Source: Mantamonas sphyraenae STR306
Taxonomy: Eukaryota > Protista > CRuMs
DNA length: 64,000 nt
NCBI GenBank assembly: GCA_026936335.1
Contig: JAPMXV010000015.1
Location: 62,001 to 126,000, forward strand
Reading direction: 5' to 3'
The position numbers and the translations under genes are program-made. The first letter of the stretch is position 1, and each line of letters opens with the position of its first letter. The notes beneath the pieces are model-generated. The model was not told the origin of the DNA and ran no database searches. It saw nothing but the letters and a program-made list of their open reading frames with translations. Below are positions 53,719-64,000 of the stretch, piece after piece.

Positions 53719-54936
53719 ATGTTTGCACGCAAGAGCATTCGCACCGCCCTTCGGCCCGTGGCTGCTGCACGCAGTCTGAGCACAGCGTCGTCGACACGCA
53801 GTGTGTCTGTGACCAGCGCTTCTGTGGCGCCGGTGTGGGAGGCAGCAACAACACAAGGTGGACACAGCGGCCTGGTTCGCGCAGTGGCGTGCCAGGCAGG
53901 AGCATGGAAGGGACCTCAGAGGGCATGGACCCAAGGAGGCGATGCAGGACTGAGCACGTGGGTGGCACCCGCAAAGCAAGGTGTGGGTGACGAAGAGGAC
54001 AACGAGAAGAGGGGAAACTCGCTGCGGTGGGCGGAATCTCGCAGCGGGCTGGCGACGGCGGAAATGCTGATGCAGAACGGAGTGCTCAGCCGCGCGTTTG
54101 CCACAGAGACTCGAACGCGTGAGCGAGAGGTGCGCACACGCGTGCGTGCACGTGCGCGCGCCTCGCGTGCTCGTGAGCGTGAGGAGGAGCGTGGTGGGGT
54201 GTCGGAAGTGTCGCAACGCGATCAGCGTTTCATCTACGAAGACATCGACAGGGACGCACGGCAGGCAACCAGCCTCAACGACGTGGGTCTTCAGCAACAC
54301 TTGCGCAAGGTGTACCAGACCATGGGCATCACCACAGGCATTTATGCCTCGGCCGCCACCGTGGCCTTGTACACTCCCCTCGTCACCGTGACCCCGCTGG
54401 TGCCCTTTGTCCTGGGCCTGGCACCTCTGTTTATGCTTGCTCGCAGCACACCCGAATCCCACAGCCCCACCTACCGCGCTGGACTCCTGGCTGCCTTTGG
54501 TGGCATTTCCGGCTGGGCATCTGCCCCGCTCCTGGCTGCTGCGCTGTCCATGAACCCTGCCCTGGTGCCCACGGCTGCCTTGCTCACCACCGCTGTGTTT
54601 GGTGGCATGAGCGCCAGTGCCCTCCTCATGAAGCAACGCTCCATGTTGCGTTTCGGCCCGGCACTCACCGGAGGCCTTTTTGCCCTCCTTGGTGCCGGTC
54701 TGCTCAGCTTCTTTGTCGATCCCAGCTCTGCGTTTGGGGCCGCATTGCGTTCTGTCCATGTCTATGGCGGCGTCGGTCTGTTTTCTCTCTTTGTGGCGTA
54801 TGACACCCAGCGCATCATTGCCGAGTACGAGCACGGACAGCGCGACTACGTCCTCCCTGCTCTCGACATGTTCCTCAACCTCAAGGCCCTCTTCCAGCAC
54901 ATCCTCGTCATGCTCATGGGACGCAACAACGATTGA
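53719..54936 (+). CDS. Bax inhibitor-1 family protein (GHITM/MICS1-like) with a predicted mitochondrial presequence
   Basis: R/S/A-rich N-terminus; QHLRKVY, YGGVGLFSLFVAYDTQRII and DY...ALDMFLN..LF. Confidence 0.88.
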   Translation: MFARKSIRTALRPVAAARSLSTASSTRSVSVTSASVAPVWEAATTQGGHSGLVRAVACQAGAWKGPQRAWTQGGDAGLSTWVAPAKQGVGDEEDNEKRGNSLRWAESRSGLATAEMLMQNGVLSRAFATETRTREREVRTRVRARARASRAREREEERGGVSEVSQRDQRFIYEDIDRDARQATSLNDVGLQQHLRKVYQTMGITTGIYASAATVALYTPLVTVTPLVPFVLGLAPLFMLARSTPESHSPTYRAGLLAAFGGISGWASAPLLAAALSMNPALVPTAALLTTAVFGGMSASALLMKQRSMLRFGPALTGGLFALLGAGLLSFFVDPSSAFGAALRSVHVYGGVGLFSLFVAYDTQRIIAEYEHGQRDYVLPALDMFLNLKALFQHILVMLMGRNND

Positions 54937-55040
54937 AAGCAGCGCAATGAAGCGAACGGACTGTTTCTTTCCACGTCCCGCCCTGTTCCTCCCTCCCCAT
55001 CACCAATCACTCCCGATCACCACCTGATCACATGTGTGCA

Positions 55041-55893
55041 TCAGCAGGCCAGGATCTTCTCGCTGTTGATGAGGGTGACGCCCGCCTGAGTCATGTTCTC
55101 TTTGGCCGTGGCGATGGTGTCTTCAGCGATCCCCCGTGCTGCGTCCTCCACCATGTACGTGGTGAAGCCTGCGTTGGCCGAGTCGATGGCGGTGTAGGCC
55201 ACACAGTAGTCGTAGGCAAGCCCGCACACGTACGTCGTCGTCACGCCGGCGTCCTTCAGCAAGCCCTCCAACGGCGTCTTCTCCACACGATCGTTGTCCA
55301 TGAAGCCCGAATACGAGTCGTTCTTTGGGTTCTTACCCTTCTGGACCACCACGTCGTCGTCCTTGCGCACCAACTCCTCGTGGAATTCGGCGCCCGTCGA
55401 CCCTTGCACACAGTGTGCCGGCCACATCGTCTGCTTCACTCCTCCGTCAAGCTTGTAGCCACAAAGACACGCACCCTCCCACGTGTCAGTGTGTGTTGCA
55501 TCGCCCCGTCATCCTCACGCGGAAAATGCTCGGCCAACAACCGGGAACCTCCGCAAAGGCAAACACACCTCGATGACCGAGAACAGCTCCACACCCTCGT
55601 GGTTCCTTGCAAACGACACGTGGTCGTCCGGGTGCCAATCCTGCGTGAGCACAATCATGTCAAACATGTCCAACTCGCGCAGCTTGTTCACCACGGGGAT
55701 CACTGCACGAAAGTGTGCGTCGGGGTCAGTGTGCCAAACTCTCGGGGCCAAAAACGACGACGATGACGTCCTGGTTGGAATACGACATGACGACACTACC
55801 TTCGTTGCCGTTGGGCACAGCCAAGGAGCCTCCCTCGCAAAAGTCATTTTGCACGTCCACGATGATCAGCGCGGTCTTTCCGTTCTCCGACAT
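55041..55893 (-). CDS. PNC1: Nicotinamidase/pyrazinamidase (isochorismatase family), 3 exons
   Basis: ALIIVDVQNDFCEGGSLAVP, TQDWHP..HVSFA, WPAHCVQGS.GAEF, DSYSGF and CGLAYDYCV. Confidence 0.93.
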
Positions 55894-56043
55894 GGTTGCC
55901 CCTGTGTGTTTGGCTGCGGATGCGCATGGTGATTGTGATGATGATTTCCAACGCTGAAGAAGCAGGACGTGGCCGGAGGATGTGTGTGTGTGTGTGTGTG
56001 GATGGACGGGTGGCATTTGCGCCGATGCAGGCAGGGAAGTTCC

Positions 56044-57131
56044 ATGAGCAGGAAACGTGTGCGGGGGCAGTTCATCAGCAAACCCATTGCATACGGAAAC
56101 ACGGCACAGGTGCTGGAGGAACCAGATGGCGACGCTACGCACAGATGGTGTGTGTATCTACGCTCGGCAGACGGCACAGACCTGAGCAAGTTTGTGCGAA
56201 AGGTCGTCTTCCACCTCCACGAAGACTTTCCCGATCCGGAGCGTGTTGTCAAGACGCCGCCGTACGAGGTGCACGAAAAGGGCTGGGGCGAGTTTGCAGT
56301 GCGCATTGTGGTCCACTTGCGTGGCACCGAGCAGCAACAATACCCGTTGCAGCTCACCCACATCATCAGCCTCCACAACTACCGCGACCAGACGGTTGAC
56401 GGCAGGATCGAGCCACAGGCCATGGATGACCGTGTGGACGAGCCCGTGTTGTTTGAGCACTACGACGAGTTCCTCTTTGTCGAGCCTCGCGAAGAGTGCG
56501 TTGTTCCGCGGGGAGATGGGATAGATCATGCGCTTTTGCCCAGCAGCAACACCGCCTTTCGCGCCTCCCCGCTTCCTGCGACCAGGGAGGCCCTTGCTTT
56601 TGGTTGCACACACACACTTACACCGCCCACTTCGCCTCCCTTCCTCTGACCATCTTTGTTCCTTCCCTGCTGTGCGCTTGCACTAGTTTGTACAGTTTGG
56701 TCACGCAGGCAGACGCAAAGCGGCAGCGTCTCGTGTACAGTACGTCTCCCCGCCGTTTGCTCCACGCATGCCTCTGCACCCACGCGTGTGTCTCCACCCG
56801 TACCAACCCTCTCCCAACTTTGCGCCTCTCACGCTCGTCGTGCCCCCTTTCTCTGCCCCCCTCAGACCCAAAATATGACGAGACGTACGATCTGGCTGTG
56901 ATCAAGCGCGGCGCCGTGATCGTTCAGAACCAACTGCAGCGTGCGGAAAAGGAAAAGAAGCTCATCGACCACGAGCTCAAGCAATACCGCAAGGAAATCC
57001 ATGTTCTCAGCAAGAAGTGGCGAGCCATGGTCAAAGCCCACAAGGAGGCTACCAAACAGCAGCAGGCCGCATCATCATCGTCATCGTCATCATCGTCTTC
57101 TTCGTCGTCATCGTCGTCATCGTCATCCTGA
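56044..57131 (+). CDS. YEATS4: YEATS-domain protein (YAF9/GAS41/YEATS4-like), 3 exons
   Basis: KPIAYGN, THRWCVY, KVVFHLHEDFP.P.RVV..PPYEV.EKGWGEF, EHYDE and a C-terminal coiled coil. Confidence 0.85.
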
Positions 57132-57204
57132 ACATACACATAAACCGTCGTGATGGCACTCCGCACTTCCATCCAATCAATCTTTTTGACAGAGAGCGAG
57201 AACC

Positions 57205-60200
57205 ATGGGAGTCCCGAAATTCTTCAAATGGATCTCAGAACGCTATCCGCTGATCCTTCAGGATCTGGACGATAGCTTCCGGCCAGAGTTTGGTACGTGT
57301 TCACAGAGACCATGCAGGACGCGTGGCGAATGGCCGCAACGAACAAGCCGCGCCGTGCGCCTCGTGTACCCCCTCCACAACCCTACCCCCCTTTCCCCAC
57401 CAAACCACATGCCTGGAGGTCAATACACTTCCCGGATGCCCACATCTTTGAGCCCACTGGCGTTGGCACGCTGACAAACTCGGAACCATTCCACCACCAC
57501 CACACACACAGACAATCTGTACCTGGACATGAACGGCATCATCCACAACTGCTCACACGGACGATCGTCGATGGCCAACATGACGAAGAAGAGATGGTCC
57601 TGAACATCTTTGCTTACATCGACTACCTGTTCCGCATCACCCGGCCTCGCAAAACCGTCTTTATGGCCATCGATGGTGCGTGTGTGTGTGGCGGCTGCCT
57701 TTTGCTGTGCTTTTGTGCTCCTTTCCACACATGTCACCGCCCACTGGCACAGGTTGAGGCCTCGCACGTGCTGACACACGCCCGCAAACTTTTCACCTCA
57801 GGATGTGCTCCCCGCGCCAAAATGAACCAGCAGCGTGCACGACGCTTCCGCTCTGCCAAGGAGGCCAAGGAGGTGAGCAGCGAGTGGGAAATGGTCCACG
57901 CACACGTTTGGATGTGTGGGCACACGTAGCTGCGTCCGCCTGCGTGTGCCGCGGGCGCCGCAACGTCGCTGACACTTTTGGGTGCCCAATCCTCAGAATC
58001 TGGACGCCAAGATTGCCAAGGGCGAAAAGGTGGCTGAGAACCCATTCGACTCGAACTGCATCACGCCAGGAACCCCGTTCATGGCCAGGCTGTCCGATCA
58101 TCTGGAGTACTTTGTGTGCCAGCGCATGCAGACCGAAAAGGCCTGGCAGGGCGTCGAGGTGATCCTTTCTGGCCACCAAGTCCCTGGCGAGGGAGAGCAC
58201 AAGATCATGGACTACATCCGCCTGCAGCGACACAACAACGCATGGGAGCCCGAGCGCTCGCACTGCCTTTACGGTCTCGACGCAGACCTCATCATGCTCG
58301 GTCTGGTGCGTTTGTTCGTTCCAACTTGCTGCCTGCATGTTTTCCCGCCAAATCGCCCTTTGGCCGCGCCCCACACGGACACACCCGCCCTCGAACCCGT
58401 CATATACTCACACGCATGCACTGTTCATTTGTGAACCTCCAACGCGCGTGGTACAGGCCACACATGAGCCCAACTTTGCGCTGCTGCGCGAGGAAGTCAA
58501 GTTTGGCAAGGAGGGCCGCGGGAACGGGCGTGCAAAGTCCAAGCAGTTTACAGAATTCCCCAAGTTCCAGCTGCTGTACGTGTCGCTGGTGCGTGAGTAT
58601 CTCAGCATGGAGTTTCAGGACAAGGCACCTCGCAGCGGCTTTGACGTGGAGCGCGTGATCGACGACTTTGTGTTTGTGTGCTACTTCATCGGCAACGACT
58701 TTCTGCCTCACCTGCCCTTCCTGGACATCGGTGAAGGCTCGCTGGACAAGCTGTTTGACTCGTACAAGTCGTCGCTGGAGCATCTGGACGATTACCTGAC
58801 CCAGGCTGGCGAAGTGGACCTGGCCAAGGTCAACGTGTTGCTGCAGAAACTCGTGGCCGACGAACACACCATGCTCATGGAACATGCCAACGAGAACGAC
58901 TGGTGGTTGCACGTGGACGTCAAAGCAGCAGGTAGCAGCGGTGGCGGTGGAAGCAGCAGCAGCAGCAGCAGCAGCAGCGGTGGCGGCAAGGGGTTGCAAC
59001 GCACAAAGAGTGGCACCCGGATCACCCCGCAGAACTCGAGCAACTCGGTGTTGGAGGACGCAGCGGCGGCGGATGGGGCACACAACTCAAGTGGTAATTT
59101 GGATCTTGAGGAGATTGCGGCCATGAGCTTGGAGTGGCAGGAGAAAGACGATGTGCTGGAGGATGTGGAGTCGACGTCGGTGGGCAAGCTGGTGCACCTG
59201 GACTCGGACGAGATCCAGCTGGTGAACTACCATCACAACCAAGACCGGATGGGTTACAACCCAGAGGTTGTGGAGGCGCTCAAGGATGCATTCTACAAGG
59301 CCAAGTTTGACGGCTACACCGAGGAGGGCAACTTTCGCCGCCAGGTGGTGCGACACTACATCGAGGGCCTCGTGTGGGTGTACCGGTATTACTACAAGGG
59401 TTGCCCGTCGTGGCGCTGGTTCTACCCGTACCACTACGCTCCGCTGATTTCCGATCTGGTGGATCTCGACGAGTTCAACGGCATCGAGTTTGAACAGAGC
59501 ACTCCGTTCCTGCCGTACCAACAGCTGATGTCTGTGCTGCCGCGTCTGTCGCACAAGCTGCTGCCCGAGGCGTATGCAGACCTGATGATGGACCCGCATG
59601 GGCCGATTGCCGACTTTTACCCAGACACATTCGAGATGGACATGGACGGGAAGCGCAACGACTGGGAAGCTGTGATTCTGTTGCCTTTCATCGACGAGGA
59701 GCGTCTCTTTGCAGCCATGGACACAGTGGACGACGACGAATTGGAGGAGGACGAGCGAGCACGCAACACACACGGCCCCTCGCTTGTGTACGCGTACGAC
59801 AAGAGCAGCAAGGGCAAGGCCATCAAGGCGACGCTGCCGGGCGTGCTGCCAGACCTGCCTCCCGTGCAGGTGGTGTGCAACACGTACGACATCTTTGCCG
59901 AGGAGAACTTTGAGGTGTGTCGTTTTGTGCCTCGTGTGCGCGACGGCTTCTTTGTCACGCCGGGCTACCCCGTGCTCACGGGTCTGCTCTACACGCATCG
60001 TCTGTACAATGCTGGCGTGCACATCCACAACTACCCGTCCAAGCGCAAGAGCGTGGTGCTGTCGATCGAATCGGCAAAGTCGATGCGCGCCAAGGAGGAC
60101 AAGGAACGCAAGAAGGCAGCAGGCGAACAGGGGAGCAGCAGCAGCAGCGGTGGCACGCATGAGGAGGGCGATGAGGAGGAGGAGGAGGAAGAGTACGAGG

Positions 60201-61897
60201 ACGACGGCGGAGCGGTGCCGCGTGGCAGCGTGTTGGACAACTGGACTGATCCTGCGCCATTTGGCGCGTCGTTGGAAGCCAACGCGACGGATTTGGCAGC
60301 GGTTCTGCTGGGCCAGCTGGTGGTGGCCGACTGGCCGTACACGAAAAAGGCGCGTGTGGTTGCAGTGGCGGACAAAAAGGTGACGCTGACGGAAGGCAGG
60401 ACGAAGGCAGAGTCGACGGTGGCTTGGAAGAAGCAGGTGGACAACGTGTGCACGGGCCTGCTGAAGAAGCGCGGTGTGAATGTGCCGCGTGTCAAGACGC
60501 TGGTGACGGTGCAGTTTGTGAACGGGGTGGAGCTGAGTGCCAACGGCGAGGGCAAGCTTGTGTACTCGGACGAGCTGACCGTGTTGCCACTGCGCATGCT
60601 GATGGACATGAACAGGCTTCCGCTGGACCGGTTTGCGGTGAAGGAGAAGCTGACGTTGGAGGAACAGTATCCGCTTGGGTCGCGTGTGGTGTACATGGGC
60701 CAGGGCACGGGCCTGTATGGCAGCCTGGGCGAGGTGGTGGGCCACCATGAGGACTCGGGCACGTTGACGCTGGAGGTCGAGGCGCAGGTGTACGAAGTGG
60801 CAGACTTTGCGACGACCATCAACGAACGCTTCGAGGACAAGTACTACCGGCACCCGGAAGTGGCGAGCATGGTGCACCTGTCGTCCAAGGTGCTGTCAAA
60901 GCTGCTGGGCCACCTGACGGTGGACCCGGGCAACCGCAACGTGGGCCTGGATGTGCGCGACAACCGCACGCCGCCGCAGCAGTGTGTCGGGTACACGCGC
61001 GCGGCACCGCCAGAAAATTCGGGTCAGTACTGGGACTGGCAGTACAGCGAACGTTGTGTGGACCTGCTGCTGGACTACAAGCGCAACTTCAATGAGTTTG
61101 TGCGACTGCTGAGCAAGAACCAGCACGAACGCAGGCTGAATCTGGACTCGCTGGGGGGCAACAACAACAAGCGCCTGAAGGAGCTCCCGTCACAGGTGAT
61201 GGAGTTTATCAAGAGCAAGGACTTGTCCTCGGCAGAGATGGTGCCTGGGGGCAGCTTCGTGATGAGCGCCCGCGCGGTGGAAGAGACGGAGGGTGCTGTG
61301 ATGGAGCTTGTGGAACAGCTGAGCGCACGTGTGTCGATGACAGTGAGCAATGTGGTGCCAGAACTGGTGCGCATCCCGCGCAAGTCGCAGGCAGAGGCAG
61401 ACAACGAGGGTGGCCTGACGGCAAGCAGCGAGGTCTACCTGGGAGACCGCGTGATGTACGCGGTGGACGACGGCCTGGTGCCTCTGGGCATGCGAGCCAC
61501 GGTGATTGGCGTGTACGACGGCATGCTGGACTTGCTGCTGGACGAGCCGTGGTTCAACGCCTCGGATCTGAACGGCAAGCTGAGCACGCGTCGCGGCGTG
61601 ACGGTGCTGACTGGAAGCGTGCTCGTACTGAGTGGCGCAGAGGGATTGCAGGGCAAGCGCACGGCGGTGCACGAGGCACACTCTGTGGAGGCGCTGCCTG
61701 CGCCGTCTGTGATGTCGAGGCTGCCAAAGTTGCAGAGCGAGGCAAGCAACAGCAGCAGTGGCAGCGGCAAGGGCAAGGGCAAGCATGGCAAGGGCAAGCA
61801 CGGAAAGGGCAAGGCACAGCAGCAGCAACAACAGCAGCAGCGTAACGGTGGAGGTGGCGGGCGAAACAGTGTCGGAAGCAGCAGCAGCAGCAGCAGC

Positions 61898-61930
<33 letters not shown>

Positions 61931-63096
61931 CGGGGATCGAAGCATGAGAACGCGCTGAAGAAGCAAAAAGGAGGCAAGCATCAGAACCACAACGACAACA
62001 AGCGCAACAACAATGGCAACAATGGCAACAAGGGGGGCCAACGGAACTACCACCAGAACAACAAGAACCACCAGCAGAACAACAACAACAACAACACGAC
62101 AGCAGGCCAGAAGCGAGTGAACCGGGAGCGTGTGAGCACGCAACAGCAGCTGGACGAAGTGCTGAGCAGCGTTGGGTTGGACATGAGTGCTCTGAATGGA
62201 ATTGGTGGTGGTGGCAACGGCAATGCCAGCGGCAGCGGGCCGTCTGCAGGCGGCTTCATGGACGTGAGCGCACTGGAGCAGCAGATGAAGCAGCAGCAAC
62301 AGCAGCAGAAGCAGGGCCAGAGCCAAAGTCGGGGTCAAGGTCAGGTCAAGGTCAGGGTCAAGGTCAGGGTCAGGGCGGCAGCAGGGGTGGGAATCAGACA
62401 TACGGCGGACAGATGTGGAGCCAGAACGGAGGGCAGAATGTGCAAGCTGGCAACTCGCAGGCGGTGCTGCACAACCTGTTTGCACAGAACCCGATGGGCC
62501 AGCAGCAGGTGCAGCCGCAGCAGAGTTTTCAAGTGCAACAGCAATTACAGGCGATGCAGGCGATGCAGCAGCAACAGCAGATGCAACCGCAGCAGATTCT
62601 GCACGGAGGAATGGGCAACATGCTTCTGTCGCCGCAGCAGCTTGCATACGGGAGCCAGGGCACGGTGCAACAGACGACGCAGACCACAAGCAACAGCAAC
62701 AGCAACAGCAACAGCTCGGGTGGCCACCAACTGCTCTTCCAGCAGCCAAGTCTGGATGCGGACTCGTCGTCTCTGCTGAACCAGATTCTGAAGGACATGA
62801 CGCAGGACGGAGGACAGCAACAGCAACAAGCGAGCAGTGGCAGCGGCAGCGGCACGGCATCGTCAGAAGGCCAGCAGCAGCAGACGGATGGCGGGGAAAA
62901 GAAACCGAAGAAGAAGCGCCCCCGCAAGAAGAAGAGCGGCAAGGACAATGGCAGCGGCAGTGGCAGTGGCAACAGCAACAGCAACAGCAAGGACAACAGC
63001 AAGGACAACGGCAACGACGATGCAAAGAGCCGAAAGTACGGCCGCGTGCCGCCTCAGGTTGCGCGTCTGCGTGCTGCCAGTGGCAAGAAGGAATGA
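57205..63096 (+). CDS. XRN1: 5'-3' exoribonuclease XRN1; 4 introns and two apparent 1-nt frameshifts (~57585, ~62344)
   Basis: MGVPKFFKWISERYP, DNLYLDMNGIIHNC, MAIDG.APRAKMNQQRARRF, FDSNCITPGTPFM, PGEGEHKIM, GNDFLPHLP and SWRWFYPYHYAP; the LGDRV/PLG C-terminal modules are XRN1-type. Confidence 0.95.
61876..61930 (+). repeat. (AGC)n(AAC)n repeat encoding poly-Ser/poly-Asn in XRN1
   Basis: Seen directly. Confidence 0.9.
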
Positions 63097-63450
63097 GAAA
63101 GGAGAGAGTGATGGGAAAGGGGTGGTGGGTTTTGCCAAACACAAGGAACCGGAATGGATGAGTGTGGTTGCATTCCATGGATTCGGCATCTTCGCTCCGG
63201 CCAAACCAGCCAAAAACCAAAGCAACGTACGTTGGAACCCACACGCACAACACAACAGCCCACGTCCAGTGCAACACACCTTCCGTGTCAGAGACACACA
63301 GCACAGCACTGTGTGCGTGCCGCTGCGCGTTGGCTGGTTGCCTGCGCACGTGTGGCGGGAGATTGCAGAAGGGTGGCGAATTTGCATGCATTGCGAAAAA
63401 CACAAGCGACTCACACGCGTTACCTGGACCTCCTGCACACAGAAGACAAC

Positions 63451-63856
63451 ATGGGACGTATGCATGCACCTGGGTACGTTGCAATGCGAGCATGCACAAG
63501 CACGTGTGCGCTTGTATGCCTGCGTGCGAGCGCGGAAACCGTGTAGCCGTGGTTGGCCCTCTGAAAACTGACTCCCGCCTCACTCGCACCCCCCCCGCTG
63601 CCGCTCTCTGCGCGCTTGTGCCTCCTCTGCATCCACTCTCACAGCAAGGGTATCGCCAAATCGGCAATCCCCTACAAGCGCACTCCGCCCTCGTGGCTGA
63701 AGCTGACTCCTGAGGAGATCGAGGAGCACATCTGCCGCTACGCCAAGAAGGGTCTGACCCCGTCGCAGATTGGCGTCATCCTCCGTGATTCCTACGGTGT
63801 TGGTCAGGTCCGCTTTGCCGCTGGCTCCAAGATGCTGCGCATCCTGAAGAAGCACG
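63451..63856 (+). CDS. RPS13: 40S ribosomal protein S13 (uS15), exons 1-2 (63451-63473, 63645-63856); continues beyond the window
   Basis: MGRMHAPG|[19 protein letters not shown]...[17 protein letters not shown]; GT-AG introns. Not present in the supplied ORF track. Confidence 0.97.
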
Positions 63857-64000
63857 GTGAGTTTGCTTGTCCCATCTGCCCTGTGTACACCAGCACGGCG
63901 CCTCGCTTGGTTTTTGTGGCCTTGGCTCGTTGCATGCGCCGCTTGTTTTCCAGCGGCGTGGTTTTCGACCACACCGCAGCCACGTGCGTGCATCCCATGG

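Noticed and set aside
63474-63644. U14-type snoRNA in the RPS13 intron, as in some vertebrates
   Set aside because: No C box; only an imperfect hairpin.
1-64000. tRNA, rRNA, transposase or viral genes
   Set aside because: None recognised by eye; a covariance-model scan is needed to exclude small RNAs.

Overview
This is a very gene-dense, GC-rich stretch of a eukaryotic (probably protist) nuclear genome, not prokaryotic DNA. It holds about 27 protein-coding genes with short spliceosomal introns and mostly 30-150 bp between coding regions. Recognisable genes: TFIIE-beta, PIG-C/GPI2, a GH38 alpha-mannosidase, a UAS-UBX protein, a ZC2HC1-like zinc-finger protein, a CaMKK-like kinase, CMTR1, importin-9, the mitochondrial phosphate carrier, NOM1/SGD1, an Spc34-like protein, a ~2700-aa coiled-coil protein, a PI3K p101/p84-like protein, RPT2/PSMC1, RAE1, a GHITM/BI-1 protein, nicotinamidase, YEATS4/YAF9, XRN1 and RPS13. 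Most notable observations: (1) three tandem paralogues that resemble gustatory-receptor-like (7TMIC) proteins but seem to lack TM7; (2) a ~3.4 kb cassette (NHP2 pseudogene, predicted GPI-anchored protein, novel membrane protein) between two copies of a ~610 bp direct duplication that leaves both flanking convergent genes intact; (3) a p101/PIK3R5-like gene whose frame is restored by a probable U12-type AT-AC intron; (4) a structured intron upstream of a 24-nt micro-exon; (5) extremely short spacers between genes. All family calls come from manual motif recognition; no searches were run. Several 1-nt frameshifts suggest homopolymer errors in the assembly.
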